A stretch of DNA of 64,000 nucleotides from Spirochaetota bacterium (GTDB lineage: Bacteria > Spirochaetota > UBA4802 > UBA5550). The notes beneath the pieces were generated by a model. That model worked only from the letters and a program-made list of their open reading frames with translations, ran no database searches and was not told the DNA's origin. Numbering within the stretch: the stretch's first letter is position 1; every line of letters starts with the position of its first letter. Made by a program: the position numbers and the translations under genes. Of the stretch, positions 9,680 to 17,789 are shown in pieces. The stretch lies in the NCBI GenBank assembly GCA_016933025.1, contig JAFGBT010000039.1, forward strand, positions 731 to 64,730, given 5' to 3'.

Positions 9680-10195
9680 ATGGACGCCATCTATAAAAGA
9701 CGAAGTATCAGGAAATACTCCACGCGGCCGGTACCCCGCGAGAGTATAGAAAATATCATACGGGCCGGCATGAACGCGCCATCTGCAGGGAACCAGCAGC
9801 CGTGGCATTTCATAGTTATCGAACGACGGAAGGTGCTGGATGAAATTCCGAACATCCACCCCCACGCCGAGATGGTGCGTCAGGCTCCCGTGTCAATACT
9901 GGTATGCGGCGACCTTTCGATGGAAACGCACACGGGCTACTGGGTGCAGGATTGCGCCGCGGCAACGGAAAACATGCTCCTTGCCGTAGTTTCAGAAGGT
10001 CTCGGCTCCGTATGGCTCGGCGTGCATCCTCGCCACGATCGTGTTGAAAAGCTAAGAAGGCTCCTCAACATCCCCGATCACGTGGTGCCCTTTTCACTTC
10101 TTCCGATCGGGTTTCCGGCCGAAAAAAAGGGACGGAAAGACGAATTCCATCCAGAGCGGATACACTTTAACACATGGAAAGGCGGAGCATCATGA
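9680..10195 (+). CDS. Nitroreductase-family flavoprotein.
   Basis: RRSIRKY near the N-terminus, plus the PSAGNQQPWHF motif typical of the NADH nitroreductase fold. Length 171 aa. Confidence 0.75.
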   Translation: MDAIYKRRSIRKYSTRPVPRESIENIIRAGMNAPSAGNQQPWHFIVIERRKVLDEIPNIHPHAEMVRQAPVSILVCGDLSMETHTGYWVQDCAAATENMLLAVVSEGLGSVWLGVHPRHDRVEKLRRLLNIPDHVVPFSLLPIGFPAEKKGRKDEFHPERIHFNTWKGGAS

Positions 10196-10340
10196 CCGGG
10201 ACGCCGATTCCCAGGAAATAACGGTATTGTCTGTAACATAAATTAACTGATAATTCCATAATTAATGGTTGAAAAATACCCCTTGCTTATTACTTTATGG
10301 ATAGATGGAATCGTTAGTTCAATTACCATAAGAAGAGCAT

Positions 10341-10841
10341 ATGAAATTCATGAAAAAATCTATGAGGATATACGCCTTTGCAGCGATGGCGGCCATTGCC
10401 CTTACTCTCTCCTGTGATTCCTTCCTCGACCTCGAGGAGAATGCCGATGTCTGGGTCATGGTGATTTGCGATGGCAGCGCTACAAGTAACGAGGTCACGG
10501 CAACCTATTATATCAACAAAGAAATCCCGGTCAGTCAATCAGAGGCAGCCATTCCGCCGACGCAATCGATGCTAATGCTCCCCCTTTCGATTTATACCGA
10601 CGATCCGGAAACCGTCACCGTGACCGCGACAAAGAAAGAAGGAGACGCGTCGCTGAGCATATTGATATATAAGGACAATAAAATCGTCAAGTTCGCCAAT
10701 CTTCCCGGCTGTACGGGAACATACAGCTGCACCACCACCATTGTTCTCGACTACGACATAACAGAGGATGAAGCAAAGGCCGCCGGAACATCCACGGGCA
10801 CCGGCACGGGCACCGGTACCGGTACCGGAACAGGGTCGTAA
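10341..10841 (+). CDS. Lipoprotein with a C-terminal (Thr-Gly)n tail.
   Basis: Signal peptide with lipobox (ALTLSCDS). The C-terminus is STGTGTGTGTGTGTGS, encoded by a GGCACC/GGTACC hexanucleotide tandem repeat. Confidence 0.55.
   Translation: MKFMKKSMRIYAFAAMAAIALTLSCDSFLDLEENADVWVMVICDGSATSNEVTATYYINKEIPVSQSEAAIPPTQSMLMLPLSIYTDDPETVTVTATKKEGDASLSILIYKDNKIVKFANLPGCTGTYSCTTTIVLDYDITEDEAKAAGTSTGTGTGTGTGTGTGS
10794..10838. repeat. Hexanucleotide simple-sequence repeat (GGCACS/GGTACC)x~7 that encodes the (TG)n tail.
   Basis: The read-out is acgggcaccggcacgggcaccggtaccggtaccggaaca, at the 3' end of the lipoprotein gene. Confidence 0.7.
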
Positions 10842-10903
10842 CAGCCTATATCACTGAAAACAGCTCGGTCATAAACCTCAATCTCTGCCTCCCGACGCCC
10901 CGT

Positions 10904-11806
10904 CTATCGTTTACACTTGTTGAGGCACCGGGTCCGTTCCGATCCTTTCATGGCAGAGCACAGGGCAGCGCATTCTTTATAGGTCATGCCGCTCCTCTCC
11001 GGGACATAGCCGTCCGGTTTTTCGCTGTATCTGTCTTCAATCTTTTTTTTCCTTTCCTGCTTTGGATTCTTGCGTTCCTCCTGAATTTTCTTTCTGCTCT
11101 CTTCGATCTTCTGCTTTCGCTCTTCCTGAAGCTTTTTCTTCCGCTCATCCTCCTTCTTTTTCCGGCGCTCCTTCTCAAGCAGATCGCGCTCCCGGGCAAG
11201 CCTCTGTCGCTCCTCCTCGCGCTTTTTCAGACGCTCCGTTTCTTCCTTGAGGCGGCGGTCATCCTCGAGCTTCCTCTTCTTTTGGTCATCGCTCCACTTC
11301 TGACACAGTTGGTTGCACTGTGCCCTGTCCCGGCCCGTCATGCCCTTGCATGAATCGACGCATTCCCTGTGCGCTTTATTTATATCATTCCTGCTTTCTT
11401 CCTCAAACTTTTGATGCCGTTTCTCCTGCTCTCGCTTCCGGCGATCTTCATCGAGTTTCTTAAGCCGCTCTTCCTCCTGCTTTCTCCGACGTTCCTCTTC
11501 GTTCCTTTTCCGGCGCTCATCTTCCAGCTTCTTCCGACGCACCTCCTCGAGCTTCTTCAGACGCTCATGTTCAATCCTGCGCCGTTCCTCTTCAATCTTC
11601 CTCTTCCGCTCTTCCTCAATCCTCCTGCTCTCTTCCTCGAGTTTCCGCCGACGTTCCTGTTCAAGCCTTCTTCGTCGATCTTCCTCAATTTTTCTCTGGC
11701 GTTCCTGCTTATATCCGGGGTCCCGTTCCTTCTCAGAGACGACAAAAAGAGTCCCGCATGACCCGGTCAGCATGGCAAACATGATAAAAATCGCGATTTT
11801 TTTCAT
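10904..11806 (-). CDS. Lipoprotein with long E/R/K-rich charged-helix repeats and two CX3C-X9-CX3C motifs.
   Basis: Signal peptide with lipobox (MLTGSCG). About 70 % of residues are E, R or K, in KKLEE/ERRRK-type repeats. The two conserved Cys motifs are CVDSCKGMTGRDRAQCNQLC and CAALCSAMKGSERTRCLNKC. Confidence 0.6.
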   Translation of the reverse strand: MKKIAIFIMFAMLTGSCGTLFVVSEKERDPGYKQERQRKIEEDRRRRLEQERRRKLEEESRRIEEERKRKIEEERRRIEHERLKKLEEVRRKKLEDERRKRNEEERRRKQEEERLKKLDEDRRKREQEKRHQKFEEESRNDINKAHRECVDSCKGMTGRDRAQCNQLCQKWSDDQKKRKLEDDRRLKEETERLKKREEERQRLARERDLLEKERRKKKEDERKKKLQEERKQKIEESRKKIQEERKNPKQERKKKIEDRYSEKPDGYVPERSGMTYKECAALCSAMKGSERTRCLNKCKR

Positions 11807-11903
11807 GATTTTCCTTCCCTATAATTTGTAAAATTCCATTTGCAAAATCATTAGAATATGTATATAATGCACCTGTCAAATACAAATACATGCGGGGTCC
11901 GTT

Positions 11904-12371
11904 ATGACAAACGAATACATGAATTTCATTATTTTCCTGGAGAAAACGCTGGCGACCTATTACCAGAAGATAAAAAACCTGCCCCGGCTCGAAGGCACCC
12001 GGAACGTGCTGGAATTCATGGAGGTCCATTCCTTCGAGCACGCGGAGATAATGGAAGAAGCCAACAAAAAACTGGTAAAGCCCGCGGTCCGCGATTCCAT
12101 TATAACCGACTTCCAGAACAATCTGCTCAACACAGTGTTTAAAAAAATATCCGACGAAAAGGACATACTCACAGTTTTACAAATTCTCGCGAATTCAGAA
12201 GAATCGATCGGCAAGCTCTACCAGAGCATATCAGGACTTTTGAATAAAATCGCCGAGCACTACCATGCCGTCGCTGCGGAGATAGAAAAAATCGCGCTTC
12301 AGGAGTACGATCACCGCGACCTTCTGCTGAAAGACAGGGACCGGCTGGCAAAGAAGGCGGGCCCTGAGTAG
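11904..12371 (+). CDS. Hypothetical cytoplasmic helical protein. It may be a ferritin-like four-helix bundle.
   Basis: A 155-aa ORF, all-helical by composition. Two E..H-type motifs (EHAEIMEE and AEHYHAVAAEIE) sit ~90 aa apart. The ferritin-like assignment is weak. Confidence 0.4.
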   Translation: MTNEYMNFIIFLEKTLATYYQKIKNLPRLEGTRNVLEFMEVHSFEHAEIMEEANKKLVKPAVRDSIITDFQNNLLNTVFKKISDEKDILTVLQILANSEESIGKLYQSISGLLNKIAEHYHAVAAEIEKIALQEYDHRDLLLKDRDRLAKKAGPE

Positions 12372-12400
12372 AATCCTATCAAATACCGATGGGGTTTGTC

Positions 12401-12511
12401 ATGCGCTCATCAATGAAAACACCGATGCTTACGGCGCTGACCATGACAGTCGTTCTGATAGGGACTTCATGCAAAAAGGTGACGGTTGAAATACTGCCGT
12501 CCCGTCTCTGA
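12401..12511 (+). CDS. Possible 36-aa lipoprotein-like small ORF.
   Basis: MRSSMKTPMLTALTMTVVLIGTSCKK... is a signal peptide plus lipobox. It is below the ORF-track length cutoff. Support is the open frame and the signal-peptide pattern only. Confidence 0.2.
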   Translation: MRSSMKTPMLTALTMTVVLIGTSCKKVTVEILPSRL

Positions 12512-12517
12512 AAAGGA

Positions 12518-12543
12518 AAGCGCGGCCGGGAAGCCGCGCTTTC
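12518..12543. terminator. Intrinsic terminator candidate between convergent genes.
   Basis: The perfect inverted repeat AAAGCGCGGC-cgggaa-GCCGCGCTTT. On the minus strand it is followed by a TTTT run, just downstream of the gene ending at 12568. Confidence 0.45.
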
Positions 12544-12567
12544 ATCAGCACCATATCGGAAAATCGA

Positions 12568-12828
12568 CTAGTTCGGATCAATGACCTTGACATTGGCGGC
12601 GGTGGAGCAGCTTGCCGTGCCGGTCACCTTGCAGCCAGCCGCCTCGCATTTCTTGCGCTGGTCGAAGGTATCACTGCCATGGTACTTGCACTGGTCAGCA
12701 GAGCTGTCCGAGCTGCAGAGATAGCACCCGTCGGCCGCGTAAGCGCTCGGCAGCGCCTGGAATGAAAGCATAAAACCGAGGACTGCCCCAACCGCGGCTA
12801 TCGCGGCTAAAATGATAAGTTTCTTCAT
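12568..12828 (-). CDS. Small secreted Cys-rich protein (hypothetical).
   Basis: The start is probably the internal MKKLIILAAIAAVGAVLG... signal peptide, with AYA at the cleavage site. The mature peptide is ~55 aa with seven Cys (DGCYLCSSDSSADQCKYHG...CEAAGCKVTGTASCS). Confidence 0.45.
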   Translation of the reverse strand: MKKLIILAAIAAVGAVLGFMLSFQALPSAYAADGCYLCSSDSSADQCKYHGSDTFDQRKKCEAAGCKVTGTASCSTAANVKVIDPN

Positions 12829-12984
12829 AGGTCCTCCTATTGACGTTTGTACAGGACGGGATTGCGCCGCCCCTTTATCGCGGATTGCTTTTGGCATCGG
12901 CCCTTATAATAGGATAGGGTTCTATCATTGTCAATTATTAATATTGAAATGCGGTAAGGTATTCTTTGGTTACAGGCCTTAAAA

Positions 12985-13001
12985 TACCGATAACTATCGG
13001 A
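12985..13001. repeat. Palindromic motif, copy 1 (tACCGATAACTATCGGa), in the carB upstream region.
   Basis: Inverted repeat CCGATA/TATCGG with a 2-bp spacer. It is one of seven copies in the window. Confidence 0.6.
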
Positions 13002-13158
13002 CTGCCTGACTCTAACCACCTGGTTTTTTATTGGTTTTTAAGTAAAAATTATCATAAAGGCTCAAGTATGGCTGCCGAAGCCCTCACAGTGTCAGGACCC
13101 ATCCATAGCCGGAAAAACTACCGTCCCAATGTTACTCTGACCCCCTTGTTCTCTTCTA

Positions 13159-13172
13159 CCGATAACTATCGG
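13159..13172. repeat. Palindromic motif, copy 2 (CCGATAACTATCGG), in the carB upstream region.
   Basis: Same 14-mer as copy 1, 174 bp downstream. The flanking sequence is partly similar too (ctgccYgactYt). Confidence 0.6.
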
Positions 13173-13274
13173 CACCATTTTACTCTGCCCGACTTTATTC
13201 ATTATGATTGGCCTACTCCCGCCCGCCAATTGAGGTTCATTTAAAAATTAATTGCCGCCCTCATTATTCCATAC

Positions 13275-13309
13275 TTGACATAATCCAGCTTGTTTTTTAG
13301 TGTTACAAT
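13275..13309 (+). promoter_or_regulatory. Candidate carB promoter elements: a TTGACA -35-like hexamer and an extended -10 (TGtTACAAT).
   Basis: TTGACA at 13275-13280. TGTTACAAT at 13301-13309. The spacing is 23 bp, which is non-canonical. The extended -10 alone could be enough. Confidence 0.25.
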
Positions 13310-13391
13310 CGTTTTAGCCGTATATCGGCTCTCGCCCGCCGATACGGCGAAGGACATTCACGATATCCTGGTAATTCCAAAGAGGTGCCAC

Positions 13392-16300
13392 ATGCCAAAA
13401 CGCGACGACATCAACAAGGTACTGATAATCGGTTCGGGCCCCATCATCATCGGCCAGGCCTGCGAATTCGATTATTCAGGCACCCAGGCATGCAAGGCAC
13501 TCAGGAAACTCGGCTATAAGATAATCCTCGTTAACTCAAACCCGGCCACCATCATGACCGACCCCGGCATGGCTGACGTGACGTACATAGAGCCCCTCAA
13601 CAAGGAAACCCTGACTAAAATCATTGAGAAGGAGAGACCGGATGCCCTCCTCCCCAACCTCGGCGGCCAGACCGGCCTGAATCTTTCCTCAGAACTGTTC
13701 AAAGACGGCACGCTCGACCGGTTCGGGGTGAGAATCATCGGCGTGGCTGCGGACGCTATCGAGCGCGGCGAAGACCGGATAGCCTTTAAAGAGACCATGA
13801 ACAGGCTGGGAATCGAAATGCCCCGAAGCAGCCCGGCGTACTCAGTGGAAGAAGCGGAGAAGATTGCGGGCGAGCTCGGCTATCCGGTCGTCATCAGACC
13901 GGCATACACCATGGGCGGAACGGGCGGCGGGCTCGTCTATAACCTCGAGGAGCTCCGCATCGTGGCGGCTCGCGGCCTTTCGGCAAGCATTGTCAGCCAG
14001 ATTCTAATAGAGGAATCGGTTGTCGGATGGGAGGAGCTGGAGCTCGAGGTCGTTCGCGACGCAAAAAACCAGATGATCACCGTGTGCTTTATCGAGAACG
14101 TGGACGCCATGGGTGTCCACACCGGGGACTCCTACTGCACCGCCCCTATGCTCACGATCGACCCGGAACTCCAGAAGAAGCTTCAGAAATATTCGTATGA
14201 TATCGTCGAGGCCATACAGGTAATCGGCGGCACCAACATTCAGTTCGCCCATGATCCGAAGACGGGCCGCATTGTGGTCATAGAGATCAATCCCCGCACA
14301 TCGAGGTCGTCCGCCCTGGCGTCCAAGGCTACGGGTTTCCCAATCGCCATGGTTTCGTCAATGCTCGCCGGAGGCCTCACGCTGGACGAGATCCCGTACT
14401 GGCGCGACGGTACGCTCGACAAATACACGCCCTCGGGCGACTACGTGGTCGTGAAATTCGCGCGGTGGGGCTTTGAAAAATTCGAGGGCGTCAAGGACCT
14501 GCTCGGCACCCAGATGCGCGCCGTGGGCGAGGCCATGAGCATCGGCAAGACGTACAAGGAGGCCTTTCAGAAGGCAATTCGCTCCATGGAAACGGGCCGG
14601 CATGGGCTCGGATTCGCGAAGAACTTCAACGCGCTCCCTCTTGACGAACTGATGCGGATGCTCGCAATCCCTACCAGCGAACGGCAGTTCATCATGTACG
14701 AAGCCATACGCAAGGGCGCCGACATAAACGTGCTGTACGAGCGCACCTACATCAAACCATGGTTCATCCAGCAGATGAAAGAGATGGTGGAGCTTGAAGA
14801 AGAGATGCTGAAATACCGGGGGAAAAAGCTTCCCGATGACCTGCTCACGAAAGCAAAAAAAGACGGCTTCTCCGATAAATACCTCGCGAAGATACTGGAA
14901 ATCCCGGAAGAAAAAGTGCGCAAACAGAGAACCGCGCTCGGCGTAGTCGAGCACTGGGACGCGGTGCCGGTCAGCGGCGTGGAGGACCGGGCATATTACT
15001 ATTCGACCTACAATGGCACGGACACGGTCCCCGTGTCAAAGAAAAAGAAGATCATGGTCCTCGGCGGCGGCCCCAACCGGATCGGCCAGGGGATCGAATT
15101 CGATTATTGCTGTGTCCACGCGGCCTTCGCCATACGTGACGAGGGACTGGAATCGATCATGATCAACTGCAACCCGGAGACCGTTTCCACTGACTACGAC
15201 ACCTCCGACAAGCTCTACTGCGAGCCGCTCACGGCGGAGGACGTCCTCTCGATCTACGAAAAGGAAAAACCTGACGGCGTCATCGTGCAGTTCGGCGGCC
15301 AGACGCCTCTCAACCTGGCCGGTCAGCTCATGAAAGCGGGAGTAAAAATCATCGGGACCTCGCCGGACTCCATTGACCTGGCGGAGGACCGTGACCGGTT
15401 CCGCAAGATGATGAAGAAACTCGGGATACCCGAGCCGGAATCCGGCATGGCCAGCACCATCGAGGAGGCGATAACTATCGCAAACCGGATCGGATACCCC
15501 CTCATGGTCAGACCGAGCTACGTACTGGGCGGCAGGGCCATGCAGGTGATACATTATGAGGACATGCTCAGGCAGTATGTCACCGCGGCCGTCGACGTAT
15601 CCCCGGAGCGCCCGATCCTTATCGATAAGTTCCTGGAAAACGCAATTGAATGCGAGGCGGACGCCATCAGCGACGGCACCGATGTGATCGTACCGTCCGT
15701 GATGGAGCATATCGAGCTGGCGGGCATCCACTCGGGCGACTCGGCCTGCGTGATACCGCCGGTAACCATCCCGGAGAAGCACATCAAGACCATCGAATCC
15801 TACACGAAAAAAATCGCCCTGGAGCTGAAGGTTGTCGGTCTCATGAACATCCAATACGCCATAGCCGGCGACACGGTATACATCCTGGAGGCAAATCCGC
15901 GGGCCTCGCGCACCGTCCCCCTGGTGTCAAAGGTGTGCAGCATCTCCATGGCGCGGATCGCGACGCAGGTGATGCTCGGCAGAAAGCTGAAGGAGCTCGA
16001 TATCGAGAAAAAGCCGGTTAAGCATTTTGGCGTCAAGGAAGCGGTATTCCCTTTCAACATGTTCCCGGAAGTTGACCCGGTGCTCGGACCGGAAATGCGC
16101 TCCACCGGAGAGGTCCTGGGCCTCGCGGATTCATTCGGGCTGGCCTTCGCCAAGGCGGAAGAGTCGGCGAACATGAAGCTCCCGGTCTCGGGGACTGTCC
16201 TCATCACGGTAAATAAAAACGACCGACCCAGGGCGCTCGAAGTCGCGAAGGAATTCAAGAAACTCGGCTTCCATGTCATGACGACTGAAGGCTGCAACCG

Positions 16301-16589
16301 CTACATGGCCGAGAGCGGCCTGGACACCGAGGCGGTGTTTAAAATCTACCAGGGACGGCCGCACATCGTCGACCGCATCAAAAACAGCGAAATACAACTT
16401 ATCGTCAACACCCCGAGCGGGCGCCAGAGCGAATACGACGATTCGTACATTCGCAAAGCGGCGGTGCAATACAAGCTCCCGTATATCACGACCATGGCCG
16501 CGGCCATGGCCACGGCGCGGGGGATCCAGGCGATCATGCAGGGGAAAAGCGACGTCAAGTCGCTTCAAGAGTATCACAAGGGATTATAG
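13392..16589 (+). CDS. carB: Carbamoyl-phosphate synthase large subunit.
   Basis: The start is MPKRDDINKVLIIGSGPIIIGQACEFDYSGTQA, the canonical CarB N-terminus. There are two ATP-grasp halves, an oligomerisation domain and a C-terminal MGS-like domain, about 1065 aa from this start. An AAGAGGTG ribosome-binding site is upstream. The ORF-track start at 13290 adds 34 unlikely residues. Confidence 0.9.
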   Translation: MPKRDDINKVLIIGSGPIIIGQACEFDYSGTQACKALRKLGYKIILVNSNPATIMTDPGMADVTYIEPLNKETLTKIIEKERPDALLPNLGGQTGLNLSSELFKDGTLDRFGVRIIGVAADAIERGEDRIAFKETMNRLGIEMPRSSPAYSVEEAEKIAGELGYPVVIRPAYTMGGTGGGLVYNLEELRIVAARGLSASIVSQILIEESVVGWEELELEVVRDAKNQMITVCFIENVDAMGVHTGDSYCTAPMLTIDPELQKKLQKYSYDIVEAIQVIGGTNIQFAHDPKTGRIVVIEINPRTSRSSALASKATGFPIAMVSSMLAGGLTLDEIPYWRDGTLDKYTPSGDYVVVKFARWGFEKFEGVKDLLGTQMRAVGEAMSIGKTYKEAFQKAIRSMETGRHGLGFAKNFNALPLDELMRMLAIPTSERQFIMYEAIRKGADINVLYERTYIKPWFIQQMKEMVELEEEMLKYRGKKLPDDLLTKAKKDGFSDKYLAKILEIPEEKVRKQRTALGVVEHWDAVPVSGVEDRAYYYSTYNGTDTVPVSKKKKIMVLGGGPNRIGQGIEFDYCCVHAAFAIRDEGLESIMINCNPETVSTDYDTSDKLYCEPLTAEDVLSIYEKEKPDGVIVQFGGQTPLNLAGQLMKAGVKIIGTSPDSIDLAEDRDRFRKMMKKLGIPEPESGMASTIEEAITIANRIGYPLMVRPSYVLGGRAMQVIHYEDMLRQYVTAAVDVSPERPILIDKFLENAIECEADAISDGTDVIVPSVMEHIELAGIHSGDSACVIPPVTIPEKHIKTIESYTKKIALELKVVGLMNIQYAIAGDTVYILEANPRASRTVPLVSKVCSISMARIATQVMLGRKLKELDIEKKPVKHFGVKEAVFPFNMFPEVDPVLGPEMRSTGEVLGLADSFGLAFAKAEESANMKLPVSGTVLITVNKNDRPRALEVAKEFKKLGFHVMTTEGCNRYMAESGLDTEAVFKIYQGRPHIVDRIKNSEIQLIVNTPSGRQSEYDDSYIRKAAVQYKLPYITTMAAAMATARGIQAIMQGKSDVKSLQEYHKGL

Positions 16590-16658
16590 AAGGCTCGGCT
16601 GCGCAACCGCGTTTCCAATAATTCGGACCACCCCGACTTCTCAATTGACATTACCGCG

Positions 16659-17669
16659 TTAAAATTTATACATCGCCCCGAAAAACAGCGCGCCGAACTG
16701 ATCGAACTCTCCGGTCAGCCAGCCCCGCGCGTACGCCGCGTTGAAGGCGGAGATCCCGTCATAGAGGCAAACGTGGGGAAGGACGGCATACCTCCCCCCG
16801 ATGAACACCTCCAGGCGTATCCGTTTGATAAAGTAGGCCAGCCTGAGGCTTGCCTCCCCGCCCGGATCCACGTGAACTATATTGAACTCATCCGACACAA
16901 AGCAGAAGATCCTCAATAGCGGGTTAATCATTCTCCTGTCAACATGAAGCATGCCGCACCGGATCAACGCCGATACGCCAAGGTTTACTGAAAAATTATT
17001 AACTTCATATTGGAAGCCGAGGCCCGCATACGGACCGATATGCCATTCGGTAGTTTCATCATTCGTAATAGTCAGCGGAACGTAGAGGCTCGAAAGCCGC
17101 TTCGAACGCCCTTCTCCCTCGTAATAACCGACCCTGACGCCGAAGAGAACGTTGAGATATTTGATCATTGAGCGTTCAACGGCAATTTCGGCATCATAGC
17201 GCCTTACATCCGAACGCCCCCTATCGGCATACCACTGAACCGGCCAGTCCGGCACCGTAAGGTAGAGATAATTCCCTTCAATGGCCAGGGTGGAATGCCT
17301 GAAACGGTCCCTGCTGAGGCCGAACAGGGCAGTCGCTCCCACCGTCCAATCTCTCCCAACTTTTACAGAAGCAGTCGGCCCCATCATGAAGGACCCGCTG
17401 AGCGTCGCATCCATGTTATGCGATTTAATATTTCCGGTAAGCCCGTTCTGGAGCTTGATGAACGAGGGCGTCCACCAGTCATACATCATGATCAGGCCGA
17501 GCTTTGCCTCCACGTTCGACTTCCTGACGGTTTTCGGCCTGACGGTTTTCCGCCTGACGGCCGTCACGCGCTTCTGTTTCTGCTTGCGCACGACCTTGGA
17601 CAGTGCCGGATCAACGACTCCCCCGGCGCAGATCAGCAGTGCCGTCATCAAGATAAAAATTCTTTTCAT
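16659..17669 (-). CDS. Predicted outer-membrane beta-barrel protein, paralog 1 of an unknown family.
   Basis: Signal peptide MKRIFILMTALLICAGG. A basic KTVR-repeat linker follows. Aromatic and alternating residues run throughout. The C-terminal residue is F (…GAMYKF), as in OMP beta-barrel signatures. It is ~35 % identical by eye to the adjacent gene. Confidence 0.5.
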   Translation of the reverse strand: MKRIFILMTALLICAGGVVDPALSKVVRKQKQKRVTAVRRKTVRPKTVRKSNVEAKLGLIMMYDWWTPSFIKLQNGLTGNIKSHNMDATLSGSFMMGPTASVKVGRDWTVGATALFGLSRDRFRHSTLAIEGNYLYLTVPDWPVQWYADRGRSDVRRYDAEIAVERSMIKYLNVLFGVRVGYYEGEGRSKRLSSLYVPLTITNDETTEWHIGPYAGLGFQYEVNNFSVNLGVSALIRCGMLHVDRRMINPLLRIFCFVSDEFNIVHVDPGGEASLRLAYFIKRIRLEVFIGGRYAVLPHVCLYDGISAFNAAYARGWLTGEFDQFGALFFGAMYKF

Positions 17670-17789
17670 GATACCCCCCGGATCCGACCCGACCGCGCCC
17701 ATCCAACACCGGCAAGAGCGACGCGGGATTACAGAAAGGCGCGGTCACGCGACCACGCCTTCTCCGCGATGTATATGTATGATATTCGT

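Noticed and set aside
13290-13391. The 34-codon N-terminal extension of carB given in the ORF track.
   Set aside because: The canonical CarB N-terminus (MPKRDDINKVLIIGSGPI) begins at the internal ATG, which has a Shine-Dalgarno. The extension would overlap the promoter-like sequence.
15469-15482. GCGATAACTATCGC inside carB, which encodes AITIAN.
   Set aside because: It shares the 12-bp core of the palindromic motif but its outer bases differ, and it is fully coding. I count it as a possible seventh copy but do not annotate it, because chance plus codon constraints cannot be excluded for a single coding copy.
15036-15854. A 272-aa antisense ORF inside carB, along with the other antisense ORFs at 14358-14954 and 15800-16577.
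   Set aside because: carB is unambiguous on the plus strand. These are GC-rich antisense open frames.
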